A stretch of DNA of 64,000 bases from Eledone cirrhosa. Its lineage: Eukaryota. Of this stretch, positions 60,881-64,000 are shown piece after piece (position 1 is the stretch's first letter; every line of letters starts with the position of its first letter). Location: contig OZ024754.1 of the NCBI GenBank assembly GCA_964016885.1, positions 19,034,001 to 19,098,000 of the forward strand, in the 5' to 3' direction. A program made the translations under genes and the position numbers. Under the pieces are notes generated by a model. It did not search any database. It was not told the origin of the DNA and saw only the letters and a list, made by a program, of their open reading frames with translations.

Positions 60881-61507
60881 CATATCAATGGTGGATACCT
60901 AATACAGACGTCGAGTGCTCTATTCTGCTTACAACATCGATGGACAGGCGTCATGTCCAGAAGTCGCCACGTAACCAGGATAATCACCAGCATGACGAGC
61001 CTCCTGGCTTGAGACAGACTTTAGACTTAAGGACCTATTAACTGGTACTAAAAAGATAAAATTCATCAGTCCACAATTATCCATATCTGGTTTCTCTTGA
61101 GTTGTGGCTACCAAATACATTACTACTGTATACTCTGTAGTTCACTAGATACTTGATCCTATCAACGGAAAGACCCCTTTATACTAGATACCTTCCAACG
61201 GTCCATACAGTATCAGAAACATCATACAATATATATATAACTTTTCCATACACAACCCCACCTAACAACAAAAGACAGTAATTCTAAACCACATCTCGCA
61301 AATACAATTATCGAAGTTAAATAAAACTAAGAGTAAACCATATCAGAAAAAGCCGTTCGTCTCAGAGAGATCTTTCAACAATGATTCTGTATACTTGTAT
61401 CAATAAATCAACAAATATACAGAAAATATAAGCATGTACGCATATAGTTGCATTAGGTATACATGGATATATTTAAGTATGTATAAATATATAGAAAATG
61501 TGTGTAC

Positions 61508-61544
<37 letters not shown>

Positions 61545-61879
61545 GATAAATCTACCAAGAGTTTACGGTAGTGTCCAATCCGTATGAAGAACTCAATGTA
61601 TTCCGGATATCATGGAAAGAAGAGATGCAATGAAAAACGACTTTCGGTGAAAGATAAACGGTATACAGAGTCAAGATAAAATATTAAACAAATAATGAAC
61701 AAACAATTCCTTATATTAAACAAAAAAAGTTCATTATTTAACGATCGTTTCTAGGATATATATGTGTTATAATTGGTATGCATATTCAACAGATCTATGT
61801 ACAAAATTATACAAAATTATACAAATTATCAAGATTAAATATACATACCAAACACATATATACGCCGTCTTCAGAAATA

Positions 61880-61913
<34 letters not shown>

Positions 61914-62404
61914 ACCAATCAAATTACATTTATAAAAAAAACCCTTCTTGAGCCACTTTTTATAAGTAAAAAGAAATTCAAACACAAACTGGCGCGAAAG
62001 TTGTGGTGCTTATTCACGTGACTGCATCAACCAAATTTCACTCATATATGAAAAAACAATCTGCGTCCCCCTCCCACACCCTTTTTTTTAAAGGCAAATA
62101 TAATAAGAACTTTGTAACGCGAACTGGCGCGAAATTTATTCTACTTATTCACATGACAGTCATCAACCAACCAAATTACTTTTCTAAAAACCTTTTTTCC
62201 ATATAAAACAGAAGTAACATTCGAACACCAACCAGATGCGAGAAAAACCACAAACCCCCCATCTCAATTCTACTTTTGAAAAGCAGAAGAACTGCGAATA
62301 TATTTTTAAAAAGACTCCAGCTGCATTTTCGATTTCATCTTTTTACCTTATACTTTCACTCGTGTAGGACATCTCGTTTTTTTTTCATTTTGTAAAAGGA
62401 CCTA

Positions 62405-62466
<62 letters not shown>

Positions 62467-62508
62467 GCCGAGCTGAAGATCCGCGAAGGTGAAACAATTG
62501 TTCTCGGT
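62467..62508 (+). ncRNA. Minimal type-I hammerhead ribozyme in a 150-bp (TA)n-flanked element (62463-62612)
   Basis: gccgag-CTGAAGA-tccgcgaaggt-GAAAC-aatt-GTT-ctcggt. Palindromic stem III aacaattgtt; short stem II. Confidence 0.72.
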
Positions 62509-63681
62509 ATGGTGAACTAACTGTTGTGTAACCACTTCTACCTAGCTCGTCCCTTGGACTGAGTGCTCTACCACTACGGATATTACCTTCCAGTGTTCCA
62601 CCACTATATATATATAGTAACAATAATAAATTTGAAGACTAAAATCCAAAGAGGGCTCGATAAGGATAAATATATATCAAATATATAAGAAGTGTAGAGC
62701 AAATATTTATTAAAATAACAGATTAAAGTTTAAGCAAAGAATCGCTGCTTTCACCCTTAACGGGATCTTCTGAAACTAACAAAGTCAATCTGTGAACGTA
62801 GAAGTGAATATTTCTAAAAACGTTGCAACCGGAGGAAGACAGGAAGACGATACTTTGGTTCGTGGAAACGTTCCCTGGCAAAGAACGGGAAAAAACGAAT
62901 ATAATACGTCATTATTTGGAGCGGTGAAAAACACGCAAAGAAAAAACCACGTTTATGGTATAAAAGAAGTCGTAGACTAATATTCTATTAGGTGGTTCAT
63001 AGAGACGTTCTCTGGCAATGAACGGAAAAAACGAAGATAATACGTCATATGTGGAGCGTAGAGAACAATTGCATGCAAAGACAAAACCACGTAAATGGTA
63101 TAACTGAAGTCGTAGACTAAAATTCTAACTAGGAAACCGAATGATTCTCGGCTTCAGAGTTAAGAATAAAGTAAATAAAATACAGAGGTAATTGAAATTA
63201 AATAAATACATACACGCATCCATATACGTACATACACAAGCATACGCGAAAACACTCGCCATAGGTATACAAATACACGCACATATATATATATATATAT
63301 GTGTGTGTGCGTGTATACAAATAATTAAATAAACGTATATAAATAAATAAATACGTATATAACAAGCGCACACTCATACCTACATGTAAATACACATATG
63401 TTCGGAGACATACGTCAACCAAAACACACCCTACATACGTACGAACCCGCATACTCACACAGACGCAAAACTCACGTATACACATAACCAAAAGCATATG
63501 TACCAGAATATATAAAATATACGCCATAACATATACAATCAAATATACGCACGAGAAAGTATACGTACCTTCACAAAACATACAGGTAATATATACTTAC
63601 CTATACAAATAAGTAATGGTATAAACATAACATATACTTAGCTACCACATCAAGACGTAAAATATCTGCGTATAGATCGTA

Positions 63682-64000
63682 CTATCCGTTAGGGTATAAT
63701 GTGGGGCTGTCATACAGGAAAGTTTTGTGCAATTTATGTTTACAAGCCGAAATTGCCTCAGATTCTTTGTTTAAGATGTGGTCTTTGGCGTAGAGTATTT
63801 CCAGGGCCTCAGCGGCGCAGAGGTCACATGGTCTTTTATTTCCGTTATACGAACTAGCCCTAGCTAGGATCTCCCAGTGTAACTTATTTTGGGTGTGGTT
63901 GTCTTTTAGACTCCAGATATAAGCTGAAAGTGACGTCATATTCCTTCTTAAAGGGTAACGAAAAGAATGGGTATGCATGTAAAGACACTGCTTGAATCTA
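63682..64000 (-). CDS. C-terminal part of a Penelope-like GIY-YIG endonuclease (continues beyond the window)
   Basis: HTHSFRYPLRRNMTSLSAYIWSLKD...LHWEILARASSYNGNKRPCDLCAAEALEIL...ILNKESEAISACKHK. Confidence 0.85.
   Translation of the reverse strand, partial: RFKQCLYMHTHSFRYPLRRNMTSLSAYIWSLKDNHTQNKLHWEILARASSYNGNKRPCDLCAAEALEILYAKDHILNKESEAISACKHKLHKTFLYDSPTLYPNG

Overview
Eukaryotic, repeat-saturated intergenic or intronic DNA. The SINE families and the AT/GATA/CA microsatellite load suggest a cephalopod such as Octopus (inference). No host protein-coding gene could be recognised. Contents: (i) four decayed Tx1/L1-type non-LTR retrotransposons (APE endonuclease, RT, CCHC ORF1), all abutting (GATA)n in one orientation, one with a 5' inversion; (ii) several Penelope-like (GIY-YIG) elements, including one intact 343-aa endonuclease ORF and a diverged relic that both lack any reverse transcriptase upstream, plus a separate RT+GIY-YIG relic; (iii) six minimal type-I hammerhead ribozyme candidates plus more decayed look-alikes, mostly next to (TA)n, two of them forming the arms of a perfect 334-bp palindrome; (iv) RTE relics, about 12 copies of a tRNA-derived SINE and a CORE-like SINE; (v) five large minisatellites, three of which abut directly over 13 kb. 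Best candidates for something undescribed: an RT-less GIY-YIG/hammerhead mobile element family with head-to-head hammerhead palindromes, and a (GATA)n-specific Tx1-like retrotransposon. All calls come from manual reading; no searches or folding programs were run.
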